A DNA stretch of 64,000 nucleotides from positions 32,001-96,000 of IMG/VR virus record IMGVR_UViG_3300009126_000404; one strand, given 5' to 3'. Source of the DNA: a virus. The position numbers and the translations under genes are program-made. This document shows, in pieces, positions 37,374-48,196 of this stretch (position 1 is the first letter of the stretch; each line of letters starts with the position of its first letter). The notes below the pieces were generated by a model. That model had not been told where the DNA came from. It saw nothing but the letters and a program-made list of their open reading frames with translations, and did no database searches.

Positions 37374-38505
37374 ACTACCTAGTAATGCCTGTGCTTATCC
37401 ATTTAAAGCAGAGATGCTTATGCATGGACAACCTTCTACACCTTGTTGTAGATTCCATAATAGGTTTCTTACAGATAGAGGGTTTGATGAGATACGTGAA
37501 ACAATGATGCGTAACGAATGGCACCCTGGTTGTTATAAATGTAAGTCAGATGAAGAAATGAAAGGTAGCAGTATGAGAACTGAAGCTGATGAATTCTTTG
37601 ATGACTTTACAGATACAATACGTTTAGAATATTTAGAAATAACAGTAGGTAGGCTTTGTAACTTGGCTTGTTTAAGTTGCGGAAGTGACTTTAGCCACAC
37701 CTGGGATAAAGATGAACTTGCATTAGGTATTAGTGATGAGGCAAAAATAAAGAAGTTAAAGGAAGTACAAGAATACGACTTAGATAATTTAGACTTAGGT
37801 AAATTAGAGCATGTTAAGTTTATTAAAGTAACAGGTGGAGAACCATTTTTGCATAGACAGTTTTTAAACTTAGTCGTTAGATTAGCGGACAGCGGACTAG
37901 CAGGACAGATCGACTTAGAAATATTTACAAACTGTACATGGTATCCAGCAAAACTAGAATTAGATGCATTGTTAAAATTTAAACGTATACAACTAAGTCC
38001 TAGCATTGATGGAGTTGAAAGTACAAACGACCTTCTACGTTACCCTAGTAAATGGAATAAAATTGAGACTACACTTGACAAGTGGATAGAGCTTAAAGAC
38101 GCTACAGGACGCTTAAAAATAGCTACAGCCACCACTATAAGCGTCATTAACGCTCCACAGATGCATGAGTTTATACATTGGGCAAGAGTGCATAAAGGAA
38201 TAGGAGTAATGCTACAAACAGTATATGAACCTCATTATTTAAGTGTTGAGCATTGGAGCAATGAATATAGAAGATTATTAAAACTAACAATAGATCAACA
38301 ATACATGGGTTTTAATAAAAATAGCAATAAGTTTGATGCTAGTTATAAACTATTAAACAATTTGTGTTCTGTTGTAACTAATGCACAGAATGATAAAACA
38401 GAAGAATACATAATAGAGCTAAAAAGAATATTAGCACATCGTGGACAAGATATAAGCATGGCTCCTAAGTTTGCTAATATATTAAAGTATATGAATTATG
38501 ATTAA
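37366..38505 (+). CDS. N-terminal twitch-domain radical SAM protein (6 of 15)
   Basis: ACAYPF...PCC...CYKC; CNLACLSC; TGGEP. Confidence 0.9.
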   Translation: MNRLPSNACAYPFKAEMLMHGQPSTPCCRFHNRFLTDRGFDEIRETMMRNEWHPGCYKCKSDEEMKGSSMRTEADEFFDDFTDTIRLEYLEITVGRLCNLACLSCGSDFSHTWDKDELALGISDEAKIKKLKEVQEYDLDNLDLGKLEHVKFIKVTGGEPFLHRQFLNLVVRLADSGLAGQIDLEIFTNCTWYPAKLELDALLKFKRIQLSPSIDGVESTNDLLRYPSKWNKIETTLDKWIELKDATGRLKIATATTISVINAPQMHEFIHWARVHKGIGVMLQTVYEPHYLSVEHWSNEYRRLLKLTIDQQYMGFNKNSNKFDASYKLLNNLCSVVTNAQNDKTEEYIIELKRILAHRGQDISMAPKFANILKYMNYD

Positions 38506-39727
38506 TAAAGAAAAACTAAAACAAAGTAAAACATTTTGTATGTTACCATTTATGCATATCTACGGAACTGCAGGTGGAAACATAGTGCCTTGCTGTGAGG
38601 CGCAGGAGATACCATTGAATAAGAAGAATGAAAGTGCTCTGGATAGTTGGAATAATGAAAACTACCGAGAGCTAAGACGTGCTCTGGCATCGGACGAAAG
38701 ACCAGAACGCTGTAACGTGTGCTGGCACAACGAGGATAGTGGCATTGTGAGCAATCGTCAACAATGGGAAGATGACAATTGGGATGAATTTGCCAATGTC
38801 ATAGAAGTTAATGATGACTATAGTGTTAACAATAGCCCTAAGTGGATTGAACTCAAAGTTAGTAACTTCTGTAACCTAAAGTGCATTATGTGTAGCACAC
38901 ACAGCTCTTACAAACGTGTTAAGGATTTAGATATAATAACAAAGTATCAAGAAGCTGGGCACGAAACTAGATTACTAAGGCCAACAACACTATTTGACAG
39001 TTTAAATGAATGGCCCGAACTATGGGACCATGTTCATACATTACAATTTACAGGTGGTGAGCCTATTATTAATAAAGAGCATTATGACTTATTAGATTCT
39101 ATACCTCAGCAATTAAAGAAAAATATTAAATTACGTTATGCTAGTAATTTAAGTTATATAAAATTTAAACAATATGATTTAGTTAAAATTTGGAATGAAT
39201 TTAAAAGTGTAAATATTAAAGTAAGTATGGACGGTATTAAAGGTGTGTATAACTTTATACGCCAAGATGGTGATTGGGATAATGTATATGCTAATATGCT
39301 GGTCCTTAACGCCGAACCAACAATAGACGTAGCGGCTGGTATTACAATACAAGCACATAATATATTTCACTTACCAGAGTTTTATACATTTTGGAAAAAC
39401 AGTGAAGTTGATTTGAGATTTATTACTGCTAACATTTTGCAAACACCTAGATACTTAGCACCAAGTGTCTGGCCAGCAGAATACAGAGAAGCAATTATTA
39501 ATAAGTTAAAAAGTGCATTAAATGAACATCCAGAAATGCAAAAGTTTATAACGTATATGGAAAACAACCAGCCTAACATACGTGACTATGCAAAGATGAG
39601 AAAATATAATAGAGATTTAGAAGAAAGATACCCAAAGGATATAACATTAAAATCAATGGTAAATGACCATTTGGGTATGCAACCAGAAGATATGAAAGCA
39701 GTACATGAAAGGCTAACAAATGATTAA
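38498..39727 (+). CDS. N-terminal twitch-domain radical SAM protein (7 of 15)
   Basis: FCMLPF...PCC...CNVC; CNLKCIMC; TGGEP. Confidence 0.92.
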   Translation: MINKEKLKQSKTFCMLPFMHIYGTAGGNIVPCCEAQEIPLNKKNESALDSWNNENYRELRRALASDERPERCNVCWHNEDSGIVSNRQQWEDDNWDEFANVIEVNDDYSVNNSPKWIELKVSNFCNLKCIMCSTHSSYKRVKDLDIITKYQEAGHETRLLRPTTLFDSLNEWPELWDHVHTLQFTGGEPIINKEHYDLLDSIPQQLKKNIKLRYASNLSYIKFKQYDLVKIWNEFKSVNIKVSMDGIKGVYNFIRQDGDWDNVYANMLVLNAEPTIDVAAGITIQAHNIFHLPEFYTFWKNSEVDLRFITANILQTPRYLAPSVWPAEYREAIINKLKSALNEHPEMQKFITYMENNQPNIRDYAKMRKYNRDLEERYPKDITLKSMVNDHLGMQPEDMKAVHERLTND

Positions 39728-40001
39728 AGTATTTTTTATAGCAAAGATTAAAAATTTTAACGATGACTATTATGATTATAGTAAACGGGTCAGAGAAAAA
39801 GCAGAAACACTTCCTGGCTTCATTGATATAATATCTGAAGAAAAAGATGATGTTGAAATAACAATTAGCTCATGGAAAACTAAAGAAGATGTTGAAGCCT
39901 GGAGAAAAGATCCTTTACACATGGAAGCAAAAGCAAGAGCACATGAGTGGTATTATTGGGTTAAAGGAATACATGTAGAGGCAGTAGATGAAAAAAGGTG
40001 A
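39720..40001 (+). CDS. Antibiotic biosynthesis monooxygenase (ABM) family protein
   Basis: LPGFI...ITISSWKTKEDVEAWRKDPLH..A....EWY. Confidence 0.8.
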   Translation: MIKVFFIAKIKNFNDDYYDYSKRVREKAETLPGFIDIISEEKDDVEITISSWKTKEDVEAWRKDPLHMEAKARAHEWYYWVKGIHVEAVDEKR

Positions 40002-41274
40002 GAAGGATTGGGATTATCAATTTGTTAGTGACTGTGAAGTTGTAAATGTTTTTATACCAAAAAACACACACCTTAGCGGACATGAAGAATTAAAACAAAA
40101 ACTACAAATGCTACAGCAAGTAGAGTGTGACAATCACTTGACTTCTAGCATAGTGAATTTGTATAATACTAGTAGCATTGAATGGATAGAACATGTTAGA
40201 AAAATGGGACACAAATATGTTGCATTTTGGTTCGACGGATGCTGGCCTAAAACGGATGGACTTGAAAAGAAAATATTAAACTATATAAAACGTTTGGAAA
40301 AGAAAGACTGGATTACAGCAGTACATCCAAAGTTTTTAGATAGTTTAATGTTGTTGAATATAGATGAATTTATTGCCTGGCCAGCTAAAGCACCTAACTT
40401 TGGAAATTATGAGTTTTGGGCGGAAAATTGGATAAGTGATTGTACTGTAGAATTAAGTCTAACAATACAAAGAAACATTGTAGTAGGTGCTCCACAAACA
40501 GATCCACAGAACTTTTTAAATGGGTTAATGGGTAAAAAGTACACAGATCACACGATAGCAAGAGGGGCCAGAGTTATTATTAAACGTAAGAATATACCCA
40601 GTAGCCCTGTATATTTTGTTAATACAGAGCCAAGTAGTCCTAAGGTAGCAGAACACATAAAAAACACGGTATTTAAGCAATATGTGGGTGCTACAGCCGG
40701 GTTTAAACTGCTATATTACGCATATACGTACGGTTTAGATATAGATAGTACAAAGTTCGTATGGTACGATTTTGACGCACACAGCATTGAATTTAAGCGT
40801 CTAATGGTGGAAAAATGGGACGGAAATGACTATCCAACGTTTGTTAAACAATGGTGTGAAGATAACCCTGATGCAAATACACAATTATTGCGATTTGTGA
40901 GTAAACAATGGTTAAATATAGTAGAACAGTTCGGTGGTATGGATAACTGGCTGGATTTTTGGATACAAGTAAAACTATGTAAACATGAATTTTTAAAGGT
41001 AGATCTTGTCCAAGATCATGACAAAATAACAAAATTATTAGACAATAATTCAAGTACGTTTTTCTGGGCAAGTAACATATACAGTTATGTATTATTAAAA
41101 GTTATGAGTGAACCATTTACACTAGAAAACAGTTTTGCTAATCTAATAACAAGATTACAAGAAATAAACAAATGCTGGTTTTCAGGTACAGACCCCAATG
41201 ATAATGATTTAACCTGTGATGTAAAATGGGTACTTGGATACAGTACAAATGATAGTATAGGAACAGGAATATAA
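39988..41274 (+). CDS. Two-domain hypothetical protein, paralog of the next gene
   Basis: FW.DG.W, Y..NTE, WDG.D, DL, SNIY motifs shared with 41274-42677. Confidence 0.7.
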   Translation: MKKGEKDWDYQFVSDCEVVNVFIPKNTHLSGHEELKQKLQMLQQVECDNHLTSSIVNLYNTSSIEWIEHVRKMGHKYVAFWFDGCWPKTDGLEKKILNYIKRLEKKDWITAVHPKFLDSLMLLNIDEFIAWPAKAPNFGNYEFWAENWISDCTVELSLTIQRNIVVGAPQTDPQNFLNGLMGKKYTDHTIARGARVIIKRKNIPSSPVYFVNTEPSSPKVAEHIKNTVFKQYVGATAGFKLLYYAYTYGLDIDSTKFVWYDFDAHSIEFKRLMVEKWDGNDYPTFVKQWCEDNPDANTQLLRFVSKQWLNIVEQFGGMDNWLDFWIQVKLCKHEFLKVDLVQDHDKITKLLDNNSSTFFWASNIYSYVLLKVMSEPFTLENSFANLITRLQEINKCWFSGTDPNDNDLTCDVKWVLGYSTNDSIGTGI

Positions 41275-42677
41275 TGGCATCAGAATCAAAACTAACAATA
41301 AGAGAAAAAGAGATATGCCACATATCACTGGAAGGTGTAATGTGTAGAGAGCTTGAAGAAAAAGCATCTGATGATTATATATCTGTGTTAAAAATGGCAA
41401 CTGATTGGAATATAAATCTTAGTACAAATGGGTCTTATATACATAGAGTTATAATAGAACAAATAGATTCAGTACTATTAGATTTAAAACACCTTGGGTT
41501 TAAAGTAGCGGTATTTTGGGCAGAAGGCAGTTGGCCAGATGATAATGATATTGACAAAGAAATATTAAAATCAGTTAAAGAATGGGATAAAGAAGAATGG
41601 GGCTGTGCAGGACATATTTTAGATAGGCCGGGCAGATGTAGACCTACGTTCCACCATCAATGTGTTATTGTTAATTTACGAAAACTTACAAAAAGTATAC
41701 AATGTCCTGTACCTCTATATGAAGCAAGTAAAGAGCACTTTCATGATGACTATACTCCTAAATGGATTAAACCAGTATCAGAAAAATATTTACCAGATAG
41801 TAATTGGAAAAGTTACGAAGAAGCGAAGAAGCCATATAACTTGTTTAACTGTTTCTTACGAACATCATTGGAATATGGACTAAAAGTTTTTAACGTAGAT
41901 TATAATATACGAGGTCTTAAAGTATGCACATATCCTGAAGATGACATTGAATGGACAGAGGGTGAAATATTTAAAAAGTATCTTCATGCAGATAGTATAT
42001 ACGACATACAAGATAACTATCCAGATAAGAAACCTTTACTTGAATTTAAAATACAAGATTCGGCTGTTTTATATGTTCTTAATACCGAGACAGTACCACA
42101 TGTAATTGTAGATGATATACAAGTAATGGTATGCCCATGTAGTGGATTACATCAATTTAAATATATGGAACCAAGTCTTAATGTCATGGAAAAAGTAATA
42201 TGGGCAGACTACAGTCCATACGCAGTTAAGTGGATGGAAATATTAGTATACGAATGGGATGGAAAAGATTTCCATAAGTTTTTTGAAAATAATAAGAGTA
42301 GACTGAACTTTGACGGCACTTGTCATTATGGTTTTGGAACCTGGGAAAAGTTTTTAGATAGCTTTGAAAACGAAAACAAATGGTTATCAGTATGGAGTAA
42401 AATAAGAAATTTAGAACATCAATTTGAAGTAGTTGATCTTATTAATGATTATGATAAGATTGTAGAAATGATACCACATAATAAAAATGTTTTATTACAA
42501 TGTAGTAATATATTCTTATATGAATCAAACTATTTTAATAAAGGACTTCAAACAACTTTTAATGGAATAGATTATGTAAGAAAAGTACAAAGTATTTCAA
42601 ATATAGTTTATCTTAATGGCGACCTAAATGGAAATTACTATAATATGACAAATATAAACAGGCAGAAATGGATATGA
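41274..42677 (+). CDS. Two-domain hypothetical protein, paralog of the previous gene
   Basis: FWAEGSW, YVLNTE, WDGKD, VVDL, SNIF. Confidence 0.7.
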   Translation: MASESKLTIREKEICHISLEGVMCRELEEKASDDYISVLKMATDWNINLSTNGSYIHRVIIEQIDSVLLDLKHLGFKVAVFWAEGSWPDDNDIDKEILKSVKEWDKEEWGCAGHILDRPGRCRPTFHHQCVIVNLRKLTKSIQCPVPLYEASKEHFHDDYTPKWIKPVSEKYLPDSNWKSYEEAKKPYNLFNCFLRTSLEYGLKVFNVDYNIRGLKVCTYPEDDIEWTEGEIFKKYLHADSIYDIQDNYPDKKPLLEFKIQDSAVLYVLNTETVPHVIVDDIQVMVCPCSGLHQFKYMEPSLNVMEKVIWADYSPYAVKWMEILVYEWDGKDFHKFFENNKSRLNFDGTCHYGFGTWEKFLDSFENENKWLSVWSKIRNLEHQFEVVDLINDYDKIVEMIPHNKNVLLQCSNIFLYESNYFNKGLQTTFNGIDYVRKVQSISNIVYLNGDLNGNYYNMTNINRQKWI

Positions 42678-43438
42678 TAAACTATAATAGATTAGCATAC
42701 TACGAAGAAGCAAATACTGAAACTATAGAACATTTTGAAACATGGGAAAACATAGATGGTTACTTTGACCGTAACCCAGCAGTAGCAGATAAGTATCAAC
42801 TTCCAAGTAATGGTAACATTAATAATATTATGGATAATACAAATGTGCCATGGGTTCATATTCCAGAAATACCAGTACCGTGGAAAGATATACAGAAAGA
42901 AGCAATGCATTTATTAGAAACAGAATGTTTTAGTTTGCATAGAGCAAACAGTGGCGGAGGTTGGTTAAGTCTATGTATTCATGGAATGAGTAGTGTACAT
43001 ACTAACGTTCCTGAAGATTACAATTTACCAGATAGTGCAGAAGAGGATCTAAGCACTTGGACTGATATTGCAAAATTTTGTCCAATAACAAAAACATGGA
43101 TGGAAGACGAGATGTTATATGATAAATTTACTCGTGTTAGATTTATGGCAGTGTTGCCAGGCGGATGGATTATGCCACATAGTGACACTGATAGACTAGC
43201 AGGATTAGGAGCCACTAATGTAGCAATTAATAACCCAGATGGTTGTGCGTTAGTTATGGAAGAATATGGCACGATGCCATTTACACCGGGTAGTGTTTTT
43301 AAAATAAACACAGGACATGTACACTCGGTATGGAATCGCAGTGACGAACCTCGAATACATATGATATTTGATGGTGATACAAGTGATGAATTTAAAAATA
43401 AAGTGAATGAGAATTATGCCAAAATGTTTAATGTTTAA
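42668..43438 (+). CDS. Aspartyl/asparaginyl beta-hydroxylase-like 2OG-Fe(II) oxygenase
   Basis: RVRFM..LPGGWI.PHSD, INTGHVHSVWN.S..PRIHMI. Confidence 0.8.
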   Translation: MDMINYNRLAYYEEANTETIEHFETWENIDGYFDRNPAVADKYQLPSNGNINNIMDNTNVPWVHIPEIPVPWKDIQKEAMHLLETECFSLHRANSGGGWLSLCIHGMSSVHTNVPEDYNLPDSAEEDLSTWTDIAKFCPITKTWMEDEMLYDKFTRVRFMAVLPGGWIMPHSDTDRLAGLGATNVAINNPDGCALVMEEYGTMPFTPGSVFKINTGHVHSVWNRSDEPRIHMIFDGDTSDEFKNKVNENYAKMFNV

Positions 43439-44468
43439 AAATGGAATGACTATAGGTCCTATTGGTAACGTTAGGCCTTGTTGTATGTATATAAACACAG
43501 ATATCAGACAACGATATAATGAACATGGTTGGCGGGAAAAGTTTGACGAATTATATGAACAAAGTCTCGATAAATGGTTGCCTAACTGTTATGAATGTAA
43601 AGCAGAAGAAGATCGAGGAAAACAAAGTTTAAGACAACGAGCAAATGAATGGTTTGATGGAGAAGAAGGAATACAATATTGGGATTTAAAATTACATAAC
43701 ACTTGTAATCTTACTTGTGTAATGTGTAATCCAGTAAGCAGTAGTAAGTGGCAAAAGTTAGTTACTGAAAACCCAGACGAAGAATGGTTAGATATTGTAA
43801 AAAAAGACGCTAAGATGAAAACAGGGTGGCATAAAAATATACTTCCATTAATTATGGAACGACTTTATGACACAAAATATTTAAAATTTACAGGTGGTGA
43901 GCCTTTATTAATTCCACACGTAAGAAAGATTATTAAACGTTTATATGACGATGGAATATCTCCAGGTGTGCATTTAAGTATTATTACTAATGGTACTATT
44001 CCAATAGATGAAGAAATGTTAAAAATGCTATTAACATTTAAACAGGTTTCTTTATTAGTAAGTATAGATGGTATTGAAGATAGATTTGAATATATTAGAG
44101 CAGGTGCTAATTGGAAAGAAGTAGAAACAAACTTGAAAGAATTTAGTAATATCTCAAAACAAAATAATAATTTTGCTCTATGTATACTTTACTTGCCTAT
44201 GACAATAAATGCGGCACAAAATGAGACATCAGCACAATGGGCAAAAGATCTCGACATTACATTTTCTAAAAGTGTAGAAATTTATAAACCTGAATATTTG
44301 ACTTATCGTAGTTTAAACAATAAACTAAGAGAAAGATACAATATAAAAACTGATTATGAATATGATGAGAACGTATTTAAGGAGTTACTTAAACACATGG
44401 AAATTAAAGATAGATTAATGGGTACTAACTTTAGAAGTGCCTGTCCGGAGTTATTTGAAGATGAGTAA
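43416..44468 (+). CDS. N-terminal twitch-domain radical SAM protein (8 of 15)
   Basis: KC...RPCC...CYEC; CNLTCVMC; TGGEP. Confidence 0.9.
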   Translation: MPKCLMFKNGMTIGPIGNVRPCCMYINTDIRQRYNEHGWREKFDELYEQSLDKWLPNCYECKAEEDRGKQSLRQRANEWFDGEEGIQYWDLKLHNTCNLTCVMCNPVSSSKWQKLVTENPDEEWLDIVKKDAKMKTGWHKNILPLIMERLYDTKYLKFTGGEPLLIPHVRKIIKRLYDDGISPGVHLSIITNGTIPIDEEMLKMLLTFKQVSLLVSIDGIEDRFEYIRAGANWKEVETNLKEFSNISKQNNNFALCILYLPMTINAAQNETSAQWAKDLDITFSKSVEIYKPEYLTYRSLNNKLRERYNIKTDYEYDENVFKELLKHMEIKDRLMGTNFRSACPELFEDE

Positions 44469-45678
44469 AAAATTACCAAGCGATACATTTTGTGTATTAC
44501 CGTTTATGCACGTAGCAGTTAATCCTGGCGGAGGGTTTCGTGTGTGTTGTAACAGTAACCCACAAAACAATAAAGTATTAAAAGATGATGGCAGTGGAAA
44601 AGCATATCGTATATTTAAAGATGATGTCAACGAGATGTGGAGCAGTCAATGGATGAAAGATATTCGTAAACAATTCATAGATGGAGAACGTCCAAAAACA
44701 TGTCAACGTTGTTTCCGTGAAGAAGATGCAGGCATACGTAGTCCACGTATTGGATACAATGAAAAGTGGTATAAAAAAGATGTAAAAGTAGCAGAAGAAA
44801 TTCCATTAGATATACGTTATGTAGATTTACGTTTAGGCAACTTATGTAACTTAAAATGTCGTATGTGCAATCCGTGGAGTAGTAGTATGTGGGTTAAGGA
44901 TTGGAATAAAGTAACAGGTACAGCAAAACTTGAACCAAACGATCCATTAAACAAAGAACAATTAGAATGGTTAGATGTTATGCAACAGTGGCCAGATCGT
45001 GAACAAACAGGATTAAACTTTGTTGAAATTGCACACACCATTGAAGAAATTTATTTAACTGGCGGAGAACCCACACTTGCTGTAAGTCAATATGCATTAT
45101 TTGATTATTGTATTAAAAACGATTTAGCAGGTAACATTAGATTAAAATATAATACTAACCTTACAAATATTCCACAAAAAATGATAGATTACTGGAAACA
45201 CTTTAAAGGAGTACAACTTAATACAAGTATTGATGCAACTGGTGCCAGAGATAGATATGTTCGCTATCCAAGTAACTGGGCTAAAATAGAAGAAAACTTT
45301 GACAAGTTAAATGCACTACCAAACGTATATATTCAAGTACATTGTACAGTACAAGTATTAAACATGTGTGCAATGAGTGAACTGTTTGATTGGACACGTA
45401 GTAAGGGTGTTCCCGATAAAGATATATATTTGAATATTCTTAATCATCCAGAAATGTATAACATTCGCACATTACCATTAATGTTAAAACAAATAGCAGA
45501 AGATCGTTTACAACCTTACTTGGATATTCCAAAAGTAGCAGATACAATAAAATATATGTGGGCTGAGAACTGGTATGAAGATAAGTGGCAAGAATTTATT
45601 GATTATAATAAGAAAACAGATGAATTACAAAAAGGTAATTTACTAGATGTATGTCCGGAGTTCAAACCTTATGTCTAA
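44461..45678 (+). CDS. N-terminal twitch-domain radical SAM protein (9 of 15)
   Basis: FCVLPF...VCC...CQRC; CNLKCRMC; TGGEP. Confidence 0.92.
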   Translation: MSKKLPSDTFCVLPFMHVAVNPGGGFRVCCNSNPQNNKVLKDDGSGKAYRIFKDDVNEMWSSQWMKDIRKQFIDGERPKTCQRCFREEDAGIRSPRIGYNEKWYKKDVKVAEEIPLDIRYVDLRLGNLCNLKCRMCNPWSSSMWVKDWNKVTGTAKLEPNDPLNKEQLEWLDVMQQWPDREQTGLNFVEIAHTIEEIYLTGGEPTLAVSQYALFDYCIKNDLAGNIRLKYNTNLTNIPQKMIDYWKHFKGVQLNTSIDATGARDRYVRYPSNWAKIEENFDKLNALPNVYIQVHCTVQVLNMCAMSELFDWTRSKGVPDKDIYLNILNHPEMYNIRTLPLMLKQIAEDRLQPYLDIPKVADTIKYMWAENWYEDKWQEFIDYNKKTDELQKGNLLDVCPEFKPYV

Positions 45679-46813
45679 AACATATTGCAACGAACCATGG
45701 AAAACAATTCACTATGATAATATTGGATCATTGGGACCTTGTTGTACATACAGAGGCAAAAGAGATAAAAGTCTAGAAAGCGTACAAGATTATTTAAACA
45801 GTGATTGGTTAAAAGAACTTAAACGTAAAATGCTTAATAACGAAAGAGATGAAGGTTGCTATAACTGTTGGGTTAAAGAAGATAAAGGTGAAGATAGTCA
45901 ACGTTTACAACAAAATAGAAAAGACGGCGTATTAACTGAAACAGACATAAAAAGAGTTTGGTTAAGTTTTGGAAACATATGCAATAAAAATTGCAATATA
46001 TGTAGGCCAGCTAGAAGTAGTATAATAGCAAAAGAATATAAAAAATTAGGCAGTGATCATGAGATATATTCTATAGATAAAGATCCTGCAATATTACAAA
46101 AAGATTTTAGTGGTATATATTTGGACAAATGGGAAAATTATATAGATGCATTAGACAATGCTCACACAATAAACTTAGATGGCGGCGAACCATTTTTTAC
46201 AAAGCAGTGTACAACTATATTAGAGACTCTTATTAAAAAAGGATCTACTAATAAGAAAATAAAATTCTCAACAAACGGAAGTGCAAATGAAAAACATTAC
46301 AAACTACTGAAACAATTTAAACAAGTAGATTTTGGTCTTAGCATAGATGGAATAAGAGAATTATACAGTTTAGTAAGAAGCCCACATCATTGGAATTGGT
46401 GGGAAAAACAACATAGACTAATGGAACAACAAACTAACCTAAGTTGGACTTATCTTGCAGTAGTGCATTGTTTTAACATACATCAACTACCAGAAATGAT
46501 AAGATATTTTATTAAAAATAATCCAAATACAGATTCAAGGTTTCATTTTACAACTATTGTATCAAGACCATATTTAGGTACACATATTGTTCCTAATTAT
46601 ATAATAGAACAAACAATAAAAGAACTCGACTTATTGGAAGGCCAATTACATAAAAAAGAACAAGTAAATATTAATAATGTTAGGCACCACTTAGTGTATA
46701 GTATATTAAATAAATCAACGGAAGATGAGATTAATTTTAAAAAATTTGTAGACATATTTGGTCCTATTAAAAAGTTAGATTATCAAAGTTATTTGCCATG
46801 GAGTATTAAATGA
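45671..46813 (+). CDS. N-terminal twitch-domain radical SAM protein (10 of 15)
   Basis: YCNEPW...PCC...CYNC; CNKNCNIC; DGGEP. Confidence 0.9.
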   Translation: MSKTYCNEPWKTIHYDNIGSLGPCCTYRGKRDKSLESVQDYLNSDWLKELKRKMLNNERDEGCYNCWVKEDKGEDSQRLQQNRKDGVLTETDIKRVWLSFGNICNKNCNICRPARSSIIAKEYKKLGSDHEIYSIDKDPAILQKDFSGIYLDKWENYIDALDNAHTINLDGGEPFFTKQCTTILETLIKKGSTNKKIKFSTNGSANEKHYKLLKQFKQVDFGLSIDGIRELYSLVRSPHHWNWWEKQHRLMEQQTNLSWTYLAVVHCFNIHQLPEMIRYFIKNNPNTDSRFHFTTIVSRPYLGTHIVPNYIIEQTIKELDLLEGQLHKKEQVNINNVRHHLVYSILNKSTEDEINFKKFVDIFGPIKKLDYQSYLPWSIK

Positions 46814-47376
46814 AAAGCATAATATGTACAGGAAATCCAGAATTTGGCGTAGCAAGTGCAATAGCTGAACGTTGGCCAGAAACAGAATTTGTTAGTAGAA
46901 CTAATTGGGATTACGATTTAACACAAGATAGTTATAAAAAGAAACTAGCAGAAAAGGCTCTTAATTATGACGTCTTTATTAACGGATCTGCACTATGGCA
47001 GTACCATCAAACTTTGCTACTAGATGTAGTCTATAAAACCGCCCAAACCAATCGCAAAAGACTACATATAGTATGTTTAGGTAGTACAACAGACAGAGCT
47101 ACTAAAGGCTCTGATTGGCATTATCAGCAAGAAAAGAAGGCTTTACGTAGTACAAGCAATGCATTAGGCTTAAAAAGCATATGGGCTGGTGGTCCTAAGG
47201 TTAGTTATATTACATTTGGTACATTAGAAAACAATGCACACAAACACCCTGGTCGAAAAGTAATGAAATTAAACGATGCTGTAGATATGATTGAATATGT
47301 AATTAATATGCCATATCATTTAAATGTAAATGAACTTAGCATTGACCCTATACAAACGGAGTGGCCAAATGAATAA
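46810..47376 (+). CDS. Short-chain dehydrogenase/reductase (compact)
   Basis: TGNPEFG, DVFIN, YQQEK (YxxxK). Confidence 0.7.
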   Translation: MKSIICTGNPEFGVASAIAERWPETEFVSRTNWDYDLTQDSYKKKLAEKALNYDVFINGSALWQYHQTLLLDVVYKTAQTNRKRLHIVCLGSTTDRATKGSDWHYQQEKKALRSTSNALGLKSIWAGGPKVSYITFGTLENNAHKHPGRKVMKLNDAVDMIEYVINMPYHLNVNELSIDPIQTEWPNE

Positions 47377-48196
47377 AATAGGAATATTTGGTGATAGTTT
47401 TGCTGTACCTGATGTAAGGGCGAAATGGGATGGAAATATTGTTAAGATTTCTAATGTTAATTGGATGGAATTAATAGGAGCACAAACATATGCCTATGGC
47501 GGTACTGATGTAGCATATAGTTTTTTAGAATTTGAAAAGCATCATAGTAAATATGATCAAGTTATTTTTGTATTAACTAATCCAGGCAGCAGAATAACTC
47601 TCAAACATCGCGACTTTATACTAAATTCATGTGATCAAGAGTATAGCATTAGAGCCATAGAAAGATTAAAGAAATCAGATGACTATGATCCTATACTTAA
47701 TCATATACATTTATCTTTAATTGAATGGCACAAAATGCAAACACTTGACGCTTTTGCAGAAAGAGAAACTTTATTTTGTAATTTAATGGTAGCACGAATA
47801 AAACAATTAAGACCAGATGTTAAATTTATACAAGCATTTGCTTGGAATAATATTGAACACATTGGCGACAATAAATATATTCCTTCTACTAGTTGTTTAG
47901 TTGACATTACCCATTACGAAAATAAAATATTTAATTGGGAACATCCTACATCAGAAAATAGTGGATGGTATTGCTCTGATAAAAAAGGGGATATTAGAAT
48001 TGGGCATATAACATGTGAGTCACATGTAATTTTAGCAGAACTAATTAAAAAATGGCTAAAAACTGATAAAATGTTTTTTGACTTTGATATAAAAGAATTT
48101 CATAATATTAAACCTGACGAGAAGCTATACAATACGGCTTTTCATAAAAGTTATGAAGACTGGTTAGCATATTGTAAGGAGCATAAAAATGAGTAA
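47369..48196 (+). CDS. SGNH/GDSL-like hydrolase or acyltransferase
   Basis: IGIFGDSF, YAYGGTD, DIRIGH; paralog of 15489-16199. Confidence 0.55.
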   Translation: MNKIGIFGDSFAVPDVRAKWDGNIVKISNVNWMELIGAQTYAYGGTDVAYSFLEFEKHHSKYDQVIFVLTNPGSRITLKHRDFILNSCDQEYSIRAIERLKKSDDYDPILNHIHLSLIEWHKMQTLDAFAERETLFCNLMVARIKQLRPDVKFIQAFAWNNIEHIGDNKYIPSTSCLVDITHYENKIFNWEHPTSENSGWYCSDKKGDIRIGHITCESHVILAELIKKWLKTDKMFFDFDIKEFHNIKPDEKLYNTAFHKSYEDWLAYCKEHKNE

